Below are positions 51,168-61,080 of a stretch of DNA of 64,000 nucleotides, one piece after another (positions within the stretch are counted from its first letter, which is position 1; each line of letters opens with the position of its first letter). The notes beneath the pieces were generated by a model. It searched no databases and was not told the DNA's origin. It saw only the letters and a list, made by a program, of their open reading frames with translations. A program made the position numbers and the translations under genes. The stretch lies in NCBI GenBank assembly GCA_964202905.1, contig CAXNJO010000007.1:165095-229094 (forward strand). Direction: 5' to 3'. This DNA is from Polyangiales bacterium. Its GTDB lineage: Bacteria > Myxococcota_A > Polyangia > Polyangiales > JADJQN01.

Positions 51168-51629
51168 TCAGTGGATCTTCACCTCGAGCGCCGGCGTGCG
51201 CTTGACCGGGGCCTTCGGGATCGAGATGCTGAGCATCCCGTCCTTGTAGCTCGCGTCGAGCTTCGAGGCCTCGACGTCGTCGGGCAGCGTGAAGCGGCGC
51301 TGGAAGTGGCCGAAGTACGACTCGACGCGGTGGTACTTCATCCCCTTTTCCTCGCGCTCGTGCTTGCGGTTCCCCTCGATCGTGAGGGTCTGGCCCTCGA
51401 GGGTCACGTGCACGTCCTCGCGCTTCACCTGGGGCAACTCGGCGGTGACCATGTAGGCCTTGTCGGTCTCCGCGATGTTCACCGAGGGACTCCACTCCGA
51501 CGCCGCGGGCGCGACGTCACCGTCCATCGGGAGCAGCGCGCGTCCGAAGAAGCGGTTGAGTCGGCTCGACATCTCCTCGAGCTCGCGAAACGGGTCCCAG
51601 GTGCGTTCTTCCCAGCGTACGAGTCCCAT
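51168..51629 (-). CDS. Hsp20/alpha-crystallin small heat-shock protein
   Basis: WDPFRELE, PSVNIAET, ELP, YFGHFQRRFTLP, YKDGMLSISIPK. Confidence 0.93.
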   Translation of the reverse strand: MGLVRWEERTWDPFRELEEMSSRLNRFFGRALLPMDGDVAPAASEWSPSVNIAETDKAYMVTAELPQVKREDVHVTLEGQTLTIEGNRKHEREEKGMKYHRVESYFGHFQRRFTLPDDVEASKLDASYKDGMLSISIPKAPVKRTPALEVKIH

Positions 51630-51720
51630 GGTCACATCCCTTGTGTTGCCGACATGCACCCTGCATGCGCTCCACGCAGTTATGCGCAGCACGCCGCTGC
51701 GCAACGCGAGATGAGGTGTC

Positions 51721-51735
51721 GAGAATCTGATTCTC
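51721..51735. promoter_or_regulatory. Palindromic operator candidate GAGAATC-T-GATTCTC
   Basis: Perfect 7-1-7 palindrome ~92 nt upstream of hsp20; same core as 50415-50429. Confidence 0.6.
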
Positions 51736-51878
51736 AGCGCGCGTGACATGGATTCTTCGGCGTGTATCTCGGAGGCGTCGAGGCCGGGGAGGGGGCTCTC
51801 CGGCGGAGCGCTCGCGTTCCCGTGTTTGCGCCGTCCGCCGCGGAGCCCTCCGCGGGCGGCCAGCCCAACGGAGGCCCC

Positions 51879-52652
51879 ATGCGACCCATGACCACGTGCG
51901 CGTGCGCAGCGCTCTGCGCCGCCTCGATCGGCGGCTGCTTCGTCGAAGCGCAGCCCGACGACGCGTGCCGCGAGCCCGAGGATTGCCTCGGCGTCGAGGT
52001 GTGCATCTTCCCGGACGACGACGCTTGTGGAGGCGCCGGCGAAGCGGGGCTCTGCGCGCGCCGGCCGCAGTTCTGCGCCGAGTACCTCGACCCCGTCTGC
52101 GGGTGCGACGGACAGACGTACGCGAACCGCTGCTTCGCGCAGGCCGCGGGCACCGACGTCGCCGCCGAGGGGCCTTGTGCCGACCCGTGCGCCGCGCAGG
52201 ACGCGCACGCGGCGGGCGGGTGCCGGCTCTGTCTCGGCTACCTCTGGGACGGGACGCGCTGCGTCATGCTGGGCGGCTGCCGCTGCGTGGGGGATGCGTG
52301 CGGGGCGCTGCACCCGACGCGCGAGGCGTGCGAACGGGCCGCGCCCGCCGGGTGTGGGGACGACGCGTCAGCGCACCCGGACGCGCCCGTCTCCGGGGAG
52401 CCTCACGCGAGGTCGAGGAGCTCGATCTCGAAGACGAGGGTCGCGTTCGCCGGGATCACGGGCGGAAAGCCGCGCGCGCCGTACGCGAGGTCGGGCGGGA
52501 TGGTGAGCTTGCGCTGGCCGCCGATCTTCATGCCGGCCACGCCGCGGTCCCAGCCCTGGATGACGCGCCCCGCGCCGAGCGGGAACTTGAACGGCGTGCC
52601 GCGGTCGCGGGAGCTGTCGAACTTGGTGCCGTCGAGCAGCGTCCCGACGTAG
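51879..52652 (+). CDS. Cys-rich secreted/lipoprotein with Kazal-type domain (3' end uncertain, overlaps FKBP gene)
   Basis: GGAGG RBS; IGGC lipobox-like; CAEYLDPVCGCDGQTYANRC Kazal signature. Confidence 0.7.
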   Translation: MRPMTTCACAALCAASIGGCFVEAQPDDACREPEDCLGVEVCIFPDDDACGGAGEAGLCARRPQFCAEYLDPVCGCDGQTYANRCFAQAAGTDVAAEGPCADPCAAQDAHAAGGCRLCLGYLWDGTRCVMLGGCRCVGDACGALHPTREACERAAPAGCGDDASAHPDAPVSGEPHARSRSSISKTRVAFAGITGGKPRAPYARSGGMVSLRWPPIFMPATPRSQPWMTRPAPSGNLNGVPRSRELSNLVPSSSVPT

Positions 52653-52720
52653 TGGACGCTCACCGTCTGACCGGCCTTCGCTTCTGCGCCGCTGCCCTCG
52701 AGGAGGTCTTCGATCTTCAT
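52403..52720 (-). CDS. FKBP-type peptidyl-prolyl cis-trans isomerase
   Basis: VHYVGTL, FDSS, VIQGWD, IPPDLAYG, LVFEIELL. Confidence 0.95.
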   Translation of the reverse strand: MKIEDLLEGSGAEAKAGQTVSVHYVGTLLDGTKFDSSRDRGTPFKFPLGAGRVIQGWDRGVAGMKIGGQRKLTIPPDLAYGARGFPPVIPANATLVFEIELLDLA

Positions 52721-52809
52721 CCGGCGCGTGTATCAAATCGCGCCGCGCGCGTCGACGACGGCGTGCGTCGCGCTTCCGTGGGGGCGCGTTCCGCGCTAAC
52801 GACCGCCGC

Positions 52810-54081
52810 ATGACGTCCGCCCCCGAGGCCCCGCCGCTCCCCGCTGCTCCCGCCACGATCGCCCGCGCCGCGCACCTCGCCGGCGTGCGCTACGAGATCC
52901 GCGGCCCCCTCGCGCGTCGCGCGCTCGAGCTCGAGCGGCAGGGCCACGAGGTCATCAAGCTCAACATCGGCAACCCCGCGCAGTTCGGCTTCCGCACGCC
53001 GGAGAACATGCGCGTCGCCATCCACGAGAACCTCGCGAGCGCCGAGGGCTACTGCCACCAGAAGGGCATCTTCCCCGCGCGCGAGGCCGTCGTGATGCAG
53101 GCGCAGGCGCGCGGCGTCGAGGGCGTCACGGTCGAGGACGTCGTCATGGGCAACGGCGTCTCCGAGCTCATCCTCATGGCGCTCGAGGCGCTGCTCGGGC
53201 CGGGCGACGAGGTGCTCGTGCCCGCGCCGGATTACCCACTTTGGACCGCAGCGGTGACGCTCACCGGCGCGCGCGCCGTGCACTACCCCTGCCGCGCGTC
53301 GGCGGGCTTCGTGCCCGATCCGGAAGAGGTCGCGCGCCTCGCGACGCCGCGCACGCGCGCGCTCGTGCTCATCAACCCCAACAACCCCACGGGCGCCGTG
53401 TACCCGGAGCCGGTGCTGCGCGCGCTCGTCGCGCTCGCCGAGCGCCAGCAGTGGGTGCTCTTCTCGGACGAGATCTACGACCGCATCCTCTATGAGGGTG
53501 CCCGGCACGTGCCGGCGGCGACGCTCTGCCACGACACGCTGTGCGCCACCTTCGCCGGGCTCTCGAAGGTCTACCGCGCGTGCGGGTTCCGCACGGGGTG
53601 GCTCACGTTCAGCGGCAACCGCAGCCGCGCGGGCGACTACCTCGAGGCCGTCGAGCTGCTCGCGTCGCTGCGGCTCTGCGCGAACGTGCCCGGCCAGTGG
53701 GCGGTGCAGACGGCGCTCGGGGGCACGCAGAGCATCGACGACCTCACGGCGGACACGGGGCGCCTCGGGCGGCAGCGCCGCGCCGTGCTCGCGGGGATCG
53801 CGCGCTCCGAGTTCCTCGACGTCGTCACGCCCCGCGGCGCGCTCTACGCCTTCCCGTCCGTCGATCCCGCGCGGCTCCCGGGCTTCGACGATCAGCGTTT
53901 CGCGATGGCGCTGCTCGAGCGGGAGCGCGTGCTGGTCGTGCCCGGGTCGAGCTTCAACCTCGCTGAGCGCAACCACCTGCGCCTCACGCTCCTGCCCGAC
54001 GAGGACACGCTCGGCGAGGTCTTCGTGCGCATGGAGCGGCTGCTGCGCGCGCTCGCGTCGGACACCTCGCGCGCGGGCTAG
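52810..54081 (+). CDS. Class I/II PLP aminotransferase (AlaA-like)
   Basis: YEIRGP, KLNIGNP, GNGVSELI, INPNNPTG, SDEIY, GLSKVYRACGFR. Confidence 0.92.
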   Translation: MTSAPEAPPLPAAPATIARAAHLAGVRYEIRGPLARRALELERQGHEVIKLNIGNPAQFGFRTPENMRVAIHENLASAEGYCHQKGIFPAREAVVMQAQARGVEGVTVEDVVMGNGVSELILMALEALLGPGDEVLVPAPDYPLWTAAVTLTGARAVHYPCRASAGFVPDPEEVARLATPRTRALVLINPNNPTGAVYPEPVLRALVALAERQQWVLFSDEIYDRILYEGARHVPAATLCHDTLCATFAGLSKVYRACGFRTGWLTFSGNRSRAGDYLEAVELLASLRLCANVPGQWAVQTALGGTQSIDDLTADTGRLGRQRRAVLAGIARSEFLDVVTPRGALYAFPSVDPARLPGFDDQRFAMALLERERVLVVPGSSFNLAERNHLRLTLLPDEDTLGEVFVRMERLLRALASDTSRAG

Positions 54082-54126
54082 CGCCGACGCGCGCGGGCCG
54101 TACCTCCCACGCACGGGGAGTCCGCC

Positions 54127-54873
54127 ATGCGCGCGCACATCGAGTCGATCGCCCCGTCCCCGGGGGCGCGCCGCGTGGTCCTCGAGGCGCGCGGCCTGAC
54201 CAAGGTCTACCGGATGGGCGAGGTGGACGTGCACGCGCTGCGCGGGGTCGAACTCGACCTCTTCGAGGGCGAGTTCGTCGTGCTGCTCGGCGCGTCCGGC
54301 AGCGGGAAATCGACGCTGCTGCACATCCTCGGCGGGCTCGACGTGCCGACGAGCGGGCGCGTGCAGTACCGCGGCCACGACCTCGGCGCGGCCGACGACG
54401 CCGAGCTCACGCGCTACCGGCGCGAGCGCGTCGGCTTCGTGTTTCAGTTCTCCAACCTCGTGCCGAGCCTCACGGCCCGCGAGAACGTGCAGCTCGTCAC
54501 GGACATCGCGGAGGATCCGCTCGACGCGGACGAGGCCCTCGCGCTCGTGGGGCTCGCCGAGCGCCGCGGACACTTCCCCGCGCAGCTCTCGGGCGGCGAG
54601 CAGCAGCGCGTCTCCATCGCGCGCGCGGTGGCCAAGCGCCCCGACGTGCTGCTCTGCGACGAGCCGACGGGCGCGCTCGACTTCCGCACCGGCATCCTGG
54701 TGCTCGAGGTCATCGAGCGCGTGAACCGCGAGCTCGGCACCACGACCGCGATCATCACGCACAACGTGCCGATCGCGGCGATGGCCGACCGCGTCGTCAC
54801 GCTCGCGAACGGCGCGGTGCTGAGCGAGGAGCGCCCCCCACGCAAGGCCCGCGCGGCCGAGGTCCGTTGGTGA
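54127..54873 (+). CDS. ABC transporter ATP-binding protein (MacB/LolD-like)
   Basis: [26 protein letters not shown]. Confidence 0.94.
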   Translation: MRAHIESIAPSPGARRVVLEARGLTKVYRMGEVDVHALRGVELDLFEGEFVVLLGASGSGKSTLLHILGGLDVPTSGRVQYRGHDLGAADDAELTRYRRERVGFVFQFSNLVPSLTARENVQLVTDIAEDPLDADEALALVGLAERRGHFPAQLSGGEQQRVSIARAVAKRPDVLLCDEPTGALDFRTGILVLEVIERVNRELGTTTAIITHNVPIAAMADRVVTLANGAVLSEERPPRKARAAEVRW

Positions 54874-54874
54874 C

Positions 54875-57060
54875 GTGGTGCGCGCCCTCGACCGCAAGCT
54901 CCTCCGCGACCTGTGGCGCCTCGAGGGGCAGGTCGTCACCATCGCCGCCGTCGTCGCCTGCGGGATCGCGAGCTTCGTCGCGCTCCGCGGCACGCTCGAT
55001 TCGCTGCGGATGGCGCAGCGCGCGCACTACACGCAGCAGCGCTTCGGCGACGTGTTCGCGTCGCTGCGCCGCGCGCCGGAGCCGCTGCGCGCGCGGATCG
55101 AGGCGCTGCCCGGCGTCGCCCTCGCGTACACGCGCCTCTCGGAGCTGGTGCGGCTCCCGCTGACGGATCTCCCCGAGCCGGCCATCGGGCGCGTGATCTC
55201 CCTGCCCCCGGACGGGCGGCCGCCGCTCGGCGGCGTGCTGCTGCTCTCGGGTCGGCTGCCGCGTGTCGGGGCCGCGGACGAGGCCGTGATCCTCGAGTCC
55301 TTCGCCGCCGCGCACGAGCTGCGCGTGGGCGCGCGCCTGCCGGCCGTCCTCAACGGGACGCGCCGGGCGCTGCGCGTCGTCGGGATCGGCATGTCGCCCG
55401 AGTTCGTGTTCGCGTCCGCGGGGCCGTTCGACTTCTCCGGCGACCCGCGCCGCTTCTGCGCGCTCTGGATGGATCGGGGCGCGATCGCCCCATTTTTCAG
55501 CTCGAGGGCGCATTCGACGACGTCGTCGTGCGCCTGCAGCCGGGCGCGTCGGAGCCCGGGGTCGTCGCCGCGCTCGATCGGCTCCTCGCGCCGTACGGCG
55601 CGCTCGGCGCCGTCCGCGCGATCCTGCCCCTCGCGCCCGCCGAGGCGATGCGCCCCCCGGCGCCGCTCCTGTACCGCGTCGGTGCGCTCGAGCGGCTCGG
55701 CGTCGATCGGCTGCTCGGCGGCGCGGGGCGCATGGTGCTGCGCGAGCTGCGCAGGCGCCCGCTGCGCGCGCTGCTCTCGTCGGTCGGCATCGCGCTCGGC
55801 ATCGGGATCGTCGTGCTCGGCAGCTTTCAGCGCGACGCGATGGAGACGATGATCGACGTGCAGTTCTTCCGCGCCTGGCGCGAGGACCTCAGCGTCACGT
55901 TCGTGCGCGCCGCGCCCGCGCGCGTGCTGCGGGAGCTCGCGCGGCTGCCCGGCGTGACGCGGGCCGAGGGGCAGCGCTACCTGCCGGTCCGCTACCGCGT
56001 CGGACCGCGTTACCGCGACGGCGCGATCGTCGGCCACGAGGAGTCCGCCGTGCTCCGCCGCGTGCTCGATCGCGAGGGGCGCGTCGCCGCGCTCCCCGCG
56101 GACGGGCTGCTCCTCAGCAGCAAACTCGCCGCGATCCTCGGCGTGCGCGCGGGCGAGGTCGTGCGCGTCGAGGTCAAGGAAGGGGCGCGGCGTGAGCGCG
56201 ACGTGCGCGTCGTCGCGCTGCTCGACGACGCGTTCGGCCTGATGGGACACATGGGCCAGCGCGCCCTGCACCGCCTCGTCGGCGAGGAGCCGCCCGTCTC
56301 CGTCGCGATGCTGCGCGTCGACGCGCGCTCGCTGCGCGAGGTCGAGGCGCGCCTCGAGGAGATGCCCGGCGTCATCGGCATCACGCGACGGCTCGCGATC
56401 GTCGAGCGCTTCCGCGCGCAGAGCGGCGAGACGATGCGCTTCTTCACCGCGACGCTGACCGCGTTCGCCGCGATCATCACGATCGGCGTCGTCTACAACG
56501 ACGCGCGCGGTGCGCGATGCGCGTCACGACCGGTCGCGCCGGGCGCGCCGATCTTCGAGGTGGGCGACCCGACCGTGCTCGAGGTGGTCGTCGACATCCT
56601 CACGAGCGACGCGGTCGCGGTGCGTCCCGGCGCGCGCGTCGAGCTCGATCGCTGGGGCGGGGACTCCGTGCTCCGCGGCCGCGTGCGCCTCGTCGAGCCC
56701 TCGGCGTTCACGCGGATCTCGGCGCTCGGCGTCGAGGAACAGCGCGTCGACGTCGTCGTCGATCTCGTCGATCCCCGGTCGCGCTGGGCGGCGCTCGGGG
56801 ACGGCTACCGCGTCGAGGCGCGGATCGTCGATTGGGAGTCGGCCGACGTGCTCCGCGCGCCGGCGAGCTCCGTCTTCCGCCGCGGGACGGGCTGGGCGCT
56901 CTTCCGCGTCGAGGACGGCGTCGCGCGGCTGCGACCCGTCGTGCTCGGACGGCGCAACGGGCTCGAGGTCGAGGTGCTGCGCGGACTCGCGCCCGGAGCG
57001 CGCGTCGTCACGCATCCGAGCGACCGTGTCGTCGATGGGACGCCCGTCGTCGCGCGCTGA
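54875..57060 (+). pseudogene. Collapsed ABC permease (FtsX/MacB-type) fused to the C-terminal half of a HlyD/RND periplasmic adaptor
   Basis: [12 protein letters not shown] permease start; -1 indel at ~55495; APYGALGAV jumps straight to RAILPLAPAEAMRPPAP; GVVYNDAR jumps to PIFEVGDP...EPSAFTRISALGVEEQRV (adaptor). Confidence 0.75.
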
Positions 57061-57145
57061 CGGGCCGATCTCAGGGTGGGACGGACTATGTCCCACCCCG
57101 CGCGCCGACGGGCCAATTGTGGGGTGGGACGGACTATGTCCCACC
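57059..57145. repeat. Two REP-like palindromic units (48-bp period): GGTGGGAC-GGACTAT-GTCCCACC
   Basis: Hairpins at 57074-57098 and 57123-57145 between convergent genes; second is preceded by GTGG. Confidence 0.75.
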
Positions 57146-57173
57146 TGCCCGAGCCCCGCGTCGCTGCGGCCGC

Positions 57174-58520
57174 TCAGATCCGCGCGAGCGTGAGGATCTG
57201 CGCGCGCAGGTCGGCGCCCGGATCGACGCGGGCGAGGAGGGCGTCCGCCGGCGTCTGGCCCGCGGCGAGCAACTCCCCGAGGCGGCGCAGGTGCACCGTC
57301 TCGTCCTGCCCCGCGGCGTCGAGGCGCGCGCGCGCGGCGAGGCCGTCCCGCGCGATGTCGAAGAGGTCGCTCGCCCACTCGCCCACCGGGCGCCCCGCGA
57401 GCTCGGCGCGCAGGCCGTCCCGCGCGATGTGCGGCCGCGCGGCGACGGCCGCGTCGTAGGGGATGCGCGAGGCGAGCGACTCGGCCCGCGCGAGCGCCGC
57501 GTCGTCGTAGAGCACGCCCGTGAAGAGGGCGGGCAGGGCGCAGAGCGTCTCGCCCTGCTGCGAGTCGGCCGAGCGCGTCTCGAGCGTGCGCTTGAGCCGC
57601 ACCTCGGGGAAGAGCGTGTTGAGGTGCGTCTCCCAGTCCCCGAGGGTCGCGCTCGCGCCCTCGAAGCCCTCACGGAGGAAGCGCCGGAACGTGTGCGTCG
57701 TCGCCTGCCGGACGACGCCGTCGCGCTTCACGAGGAACATCGGCACGTCGAGCGCCCAGTCGATGTACGACGCGATCGTCGCGTCGTCGCGCCACGCGAA
57801 GGGCAGCAGGCCCGCGCGGTCGTTGTCGACGTCGAGCCAGACCGCGGCGCGGTGCGAGCGCTCGCCCGTCGCGCGCCCTTCGACGAAGGGGCTGTTGGCC
57901 ATCATCGCCTGCAGGACCGGCGAGAGGATCAGCGCGACGCGGAGCTTGCGGACCGCGTCGTCGGTCGAGGCGTAGTCGTAGTTCGCCTGCACCGTCGCGG
58001 TGCGCTGCATCATGTCGAGGCCGTACTGGCCGCGCGTGGGCAGGTAGGCGCGCATGATCGGGTAGCGGGGCTTCGGGACCCATGGGAGCTCGTCGCGCCG
58101 GGCGAGCGGGTGGAAGCCGAGGCCGAGCCAGGCGATGCCGAGCTCCGCGGAGATGTCGCGCAGCTCCGCCATGTGACCGGTGAACTCGTCGGCGGTCTCG
58201 TGGATCGTCTCCTTGGGCGCGCCGGAGAGCTCGAGCTGACCGCCCGGCTCGAGCGTGATCGACGCGTTCGCGCGCCGCAGCGCGATGACCGGGCCGCCGG
58301 TTTTGTCGGGCGGCTCGGGCGTCCAGGCGTGCCGCGTCTCGAGCGCCCGCAGGACGGCCGCGACGCCGCGCGCGCCCTCGAACGGGATCGGCTGCCCGTC
58401 CGCGGCGTAGACGCCGAACTTCTCGGCCTCGGTGCCGACGCGCCACGCGTCGCGCGGCTTCTGGGCGGCGTGGTAGGGGGCGAGGAGATCGTCAGGCGCG
58501 GCGATGGGGCGGTCGTTCAC
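57174..58520 (-). CDS. gshA: Glutamate--cysteine ligase (GCS2; alphaproteobacterial/plant type)
   Basis: VGTEAEKF, ITLEPGGQLELSGAP, PKPRY, MMQRTATVQAN, ANSPF, TLFPEVRLK. Confidence 0.92.
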   Translation of the reverse strand: MNDRPIAAPDDLLAPYHAAQKPRDAWRVGTEAEKFGVYAADGQPIPFEGARGVAAVLRALETRHAWTPEPPDKTGGPVIALRRANASITLEPGGQLELSGAPKETIHETADEFTGHMAELRDISAELGIAWLGLGFHPLARRDELPWVPKPRYPIMRAYLPTRGQYGLDMMQRTATVQANYDYASTDDAVRKLRVALILSPVLQAMMANSPFVEGRATGERSHRAAVWLDVDNDRAGLLPFAWRDDATIASYIDWALDVPMFLVKRDGVVRQATTHTFRRFLREGFEGASATLGDWETHLNTLFPEVRLKRTLETRSADSQQGETLCALPALFTGVLYDDAALARAESLASRIPYDAAVAARPHIARDGLRAELAGRPVGEWASDLFDIARDGLAARARLDAAGQDETVHLRRLGELLAAGQTPADALLARVDPGADLRAQILTLARI

Positions 58521-58682
58521 GGGGTCGGTCAAGGGGGCTCGGCTCCTGCGCGGCGTCACGCGTCCGCCGCCACCCTGCGACGGGCGACGCGGCGCGCACC
58601 GTACCACAGGCCGCGCGTGGGCCTCCCCGCGTCGGCGCGTACCTTCCGCGCCGCGGCCTTCCGTCGTAGGCTGCGCGCCGCC

Positions 58683-59036
58683 ATGCAGAAACCTCTCGGC
58701 TATCTCGCGCCCGGGCTCAGCGTCCGGGGAAGGCTCAGCGGTGCCGGCGATCTCACGATCGACGGTCGCCTCGAGGGCGAACTCGACGTCTCCGGCGAGG
58801 TGATCGTCGGGGAGCGCGGGGTCATCGTCGCGCCGGTGCGCGCCGGGGCGGTCGTCGTCGCGGGCGACCTCAAGGGCGAGGTTCACGCGCGCGGCGCGGT
58901 GGCGGTGCGCGACGGCGGGCGCATCCTCGGCGACGTGCGCGCGCAGCGCGTGTCCATCGACGACGGCGGCGCGCTGCATGGCGGTGTGGAGATGGACTTC
59001 GAGCTCCCGGCGGAGCTGGACGGGCTGCTGGCGTGA
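58683..59036 (+). CDS. Bactofilin (polymer-forming cytoskeletal protein)
   Basis: GDLTIDGRLEGEL...VVAGDLKGEV...ILGDVRAQRVSIDDGG beta-helix repeats. Confidence 0.9.
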   Translation: MQKPLGYLAPGLSVRGRLSGAGDLTIDGRLEGELDVSGEVIVGERGVIVAPVRAGAVVVAGDLKGEVHARGAVAVRDGGRILGDVRAQRVSIDDGGALHGGVEMDFELPAELDGLLA

Positions 59037-59641
59037 TGAACCGACCTTCCGTGATCCCCGAGGGGATGAGGCTGCTGGGCGACGTCGAGGGGGAGGGCGA
59101 CCTCGCCGTGCTCGGCGCGATCGAGGGCGACGTGCGTGTCGACGGCGCGCTCGTCGTCGAGACGAGCGGCGTGATCAAGGGGCAGGTGCAGGCGCGCACG
59201 ATCGTCGTGCGCGGCGTGCTCGTCGGGGACGGCACCGCGGCCGACACGGTGCGCGTCGAGCCGGGCGCGCGCATGGTCGGCGACGCGCGCGCCCCGCGCG
59301 TCAGCATCGTGGACGGCGCGCTGTTCCGTGGGCGCGTGGAGATGAGCAGCGACGCCGCCCCGCGCGTCGGGCGTTCGGTGCCGCGTCGTCGCACCGCCGC
59401 GGGCGAGCTCGCGACGCCGAGCGCGGCGGGTCAGCTGGTGTCGCCGACCAGCGCGGGCGCGGACAGCTCGCCGAGCGCGGCGGGTCAGCTGGTGTCGCCG
59501 ACCAGCGCGGGCGCGGTCACCTCTCCGGGGACGGCGTCGTCGGTCGGCGCGCATCCGGCGCCCGTCGCGGCGCGGCGCGGGCCGCCGGCGCCGAACGTTC
59601 CGGTCCTGCGGCGCACCGAGGCCCGCCGGGCAGAGCGCTGA
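59033..59641 (+). CDS. Bactofilin with low-complexity C-terminal tail
   Basis: GDLAVLGAIEGDV...MVGDARAPRVSIVDGALFRGRVEM; Pro/Ser/Ala tail. Confidence 0.9.
   Translation: MMNRPSVIPEGMRLLGDVEGEGDLAVLGAIEGDVRVDGALVVETSGVIKGQVQARTIVVRGVLVGDGTAADTVRVEPGARMVGDARAPRVSIVDGALFRGRVEMSSDAAPRVGRSVPRRRTAAGELATPSAAGQLVSPTSAGADSSPSAAGQLVSPTSAGAVTSPGTASSVGAHPAPVAARRGPPAPNVPVLRRTEARRAER
59415..59516. repeat. Two identical 48-bp copies (54-bp period) encoding PSAAGQLVSPTSAGA
   Basis: 59415-59462 identical to 59469-59516. Confidence 0.92.
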
Positions 59642-59642
59642 G

Positions 59643-60203
59643 ATGCGCGCATCGCCCCCCGACCGCCTCCTCGCGCTCCTCACCGAGCGCAGCTTCGCGC
59701 GCCGCAAGGTCGTGCTCGCCTCGGGCCGCGAGAGCGACTTCTTCATCGACTGCAAGCAGACGGTGCTCCTCGCCGAGGGCCACGCGCTCGTCGGCGCGCG
59801 CATGCTCGACGCGCTCGCGGGCTTCGCCGAGGCGCCCGTCGCGGTCGCGGGCGTCGAGCTCGGCGGCTGCCCGCTCGCGTCGGCGGTCGCGCTCGTCTCG
59901 CACCAGCGTGGGCACGGCCTCGACGCCGTCTACGTGCGCAAGGACGCGAAGGATCACGGCAGCAAGCGGCTGCTCGAGGGCGACGCGCACCTCGCCGAGG
60001 GCGCGCCCGTCGTCGTGCTCGAGGACGTCGTCACGACGGGCGGCTCGACGCTGAAGGCCGTCGAGAAGCTCCGCGCGCGCGGGCTGCGCGTCGTCGGCGT
60101 CGTCGCGCTCGTCGATCGGCTCGAGGGCGGGCGCGAGGCCATCACCGGCGCCGGCCTCCCGCTCGTCGCGCTCTACACGCGCCACGAATTCATCCCCGCG
60201 TGA
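59643..60203 (+). CDS. pyrE: Orotate phosphoribosyltransferase
   Basis: LASGRESDFFID, VRKDAKDHG, VLEDVVTTGGS, VDRLEGG. Confidence 0.94.
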   Translation: MRASPPDRLLALLTERSFARRKVVLASGRESDFFIDCKQTVLLAEGHALVGARMLDALAGFAEAPVAVAGVELGGCPLASAVALVSHQRGHGLDAVYVRKDAKDHGSKRLLEGDAHLAEGAPVVVLEDVVTTGGSTLKAVEKLRARGLRVVGVVALVDRLEGGREAITGAGLPLVALYTRHEFIPA

Positions 60204-60920
60204 CCGCGCTCGGCGCGCCCCGCCCGCCCTGCCGCGCCGCTGCGCGCCCCAGCCCGCGCGGCGAGCGAGCTCGCGCTCGGCCTCCTCGTCGCCGCGCTCG
60301 GCGTTGGCTGCGGCGCGGGCGCCGTGCTCTCCATGGCGCCCCGTCCGCGCGCCTTCACGCCCGACGACTACGAGCGCATTCGCGACGCCTGGACGCGCGA
60401 GGAGCGCGGCTTCGCCTTCGCGCGGCTCGAGGACACGCTGCACGTGAGCGCGACCTTCCAGTCCTGGGAGCAGCGCTGGGCGTACGTGGTGCGCTACGCG
60501 AGCGATCAGAGCCTCGACACCGTCGAGCGCACGCGGCTCCTGCGGGCGACGCTCGAGGACGCGCGGGCGCAGCACCGCTTCTTCGTCTCGCTCGCGGGGC
60601 GCAGCTGGCGCGAGAGCGACCTCACGGGCGAGCGCTCGGCCTGGCGCATCGTGCTGGTCGACGACCGCGGCGTGGCGCATGCGCCGTCGGCGCTCGAGCG
60701 CATCGCGCGGCCCGGTCCGGGCGAGCGCGGCTACTACCACGTCACGCCGTTCCGCCGCGTCTTCCGCGTCGCGTTCCCCGCGCGCCGCGCCGACGGGACG
60801 CCGACGATCGCGCCCGACGCGCGCCGCGTCACGCTGCGCTTCACGGGGCCGCAGGGCCGCGTCGATCTGGTGTGGGCGCTCGCCCCGACCGAGGCCGCCC
60901 CCGCCGGCGAAGCGCGTTGA
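60200..60920 (+). CDS. Hypothetical lipoprotein; probable +1 indel in C-run at ~60218-60221
   Basis: Frame of 60324-60920 extends upstream to LGLLVAALGVGC (lipobox); GTG at 60200 overlaps the pyrE stop but is one base out of frame. Confidence 0.6.
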
Positions 60921-60946
60921 CAGCCGTTCACACCCGCTGCTAGGTT
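60917..60946 (+). promoter_or_regulatory. Putative sigma70-type promoter of the HEAT lipoprotein gene
   Basis: TTGACA-N18-TAGGTT (TGc extended); GAGGT RBS before ATG 61081. Confidence 0.55.
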
Positions 60947-61080
60947 CGACGCGCCCACGCCCCGAAACGCCCGTTTTGTCGGGGGGACCGCCGACCGCGC
61001 GGGGGGCCGCGCCGGCGCCACGAGGGCTGCCCGAGCGCGCAGGTGGGAGTCCGGGGCGTCCGTACAGCGAGAGGTAGAAC

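Noticed and set aside
57059..57145. Possible mini-CRISPR array
   Set aside because: Only two units, the intervening sequences are partly repeated too, and no cas genes are in the window; REP-like fits better.
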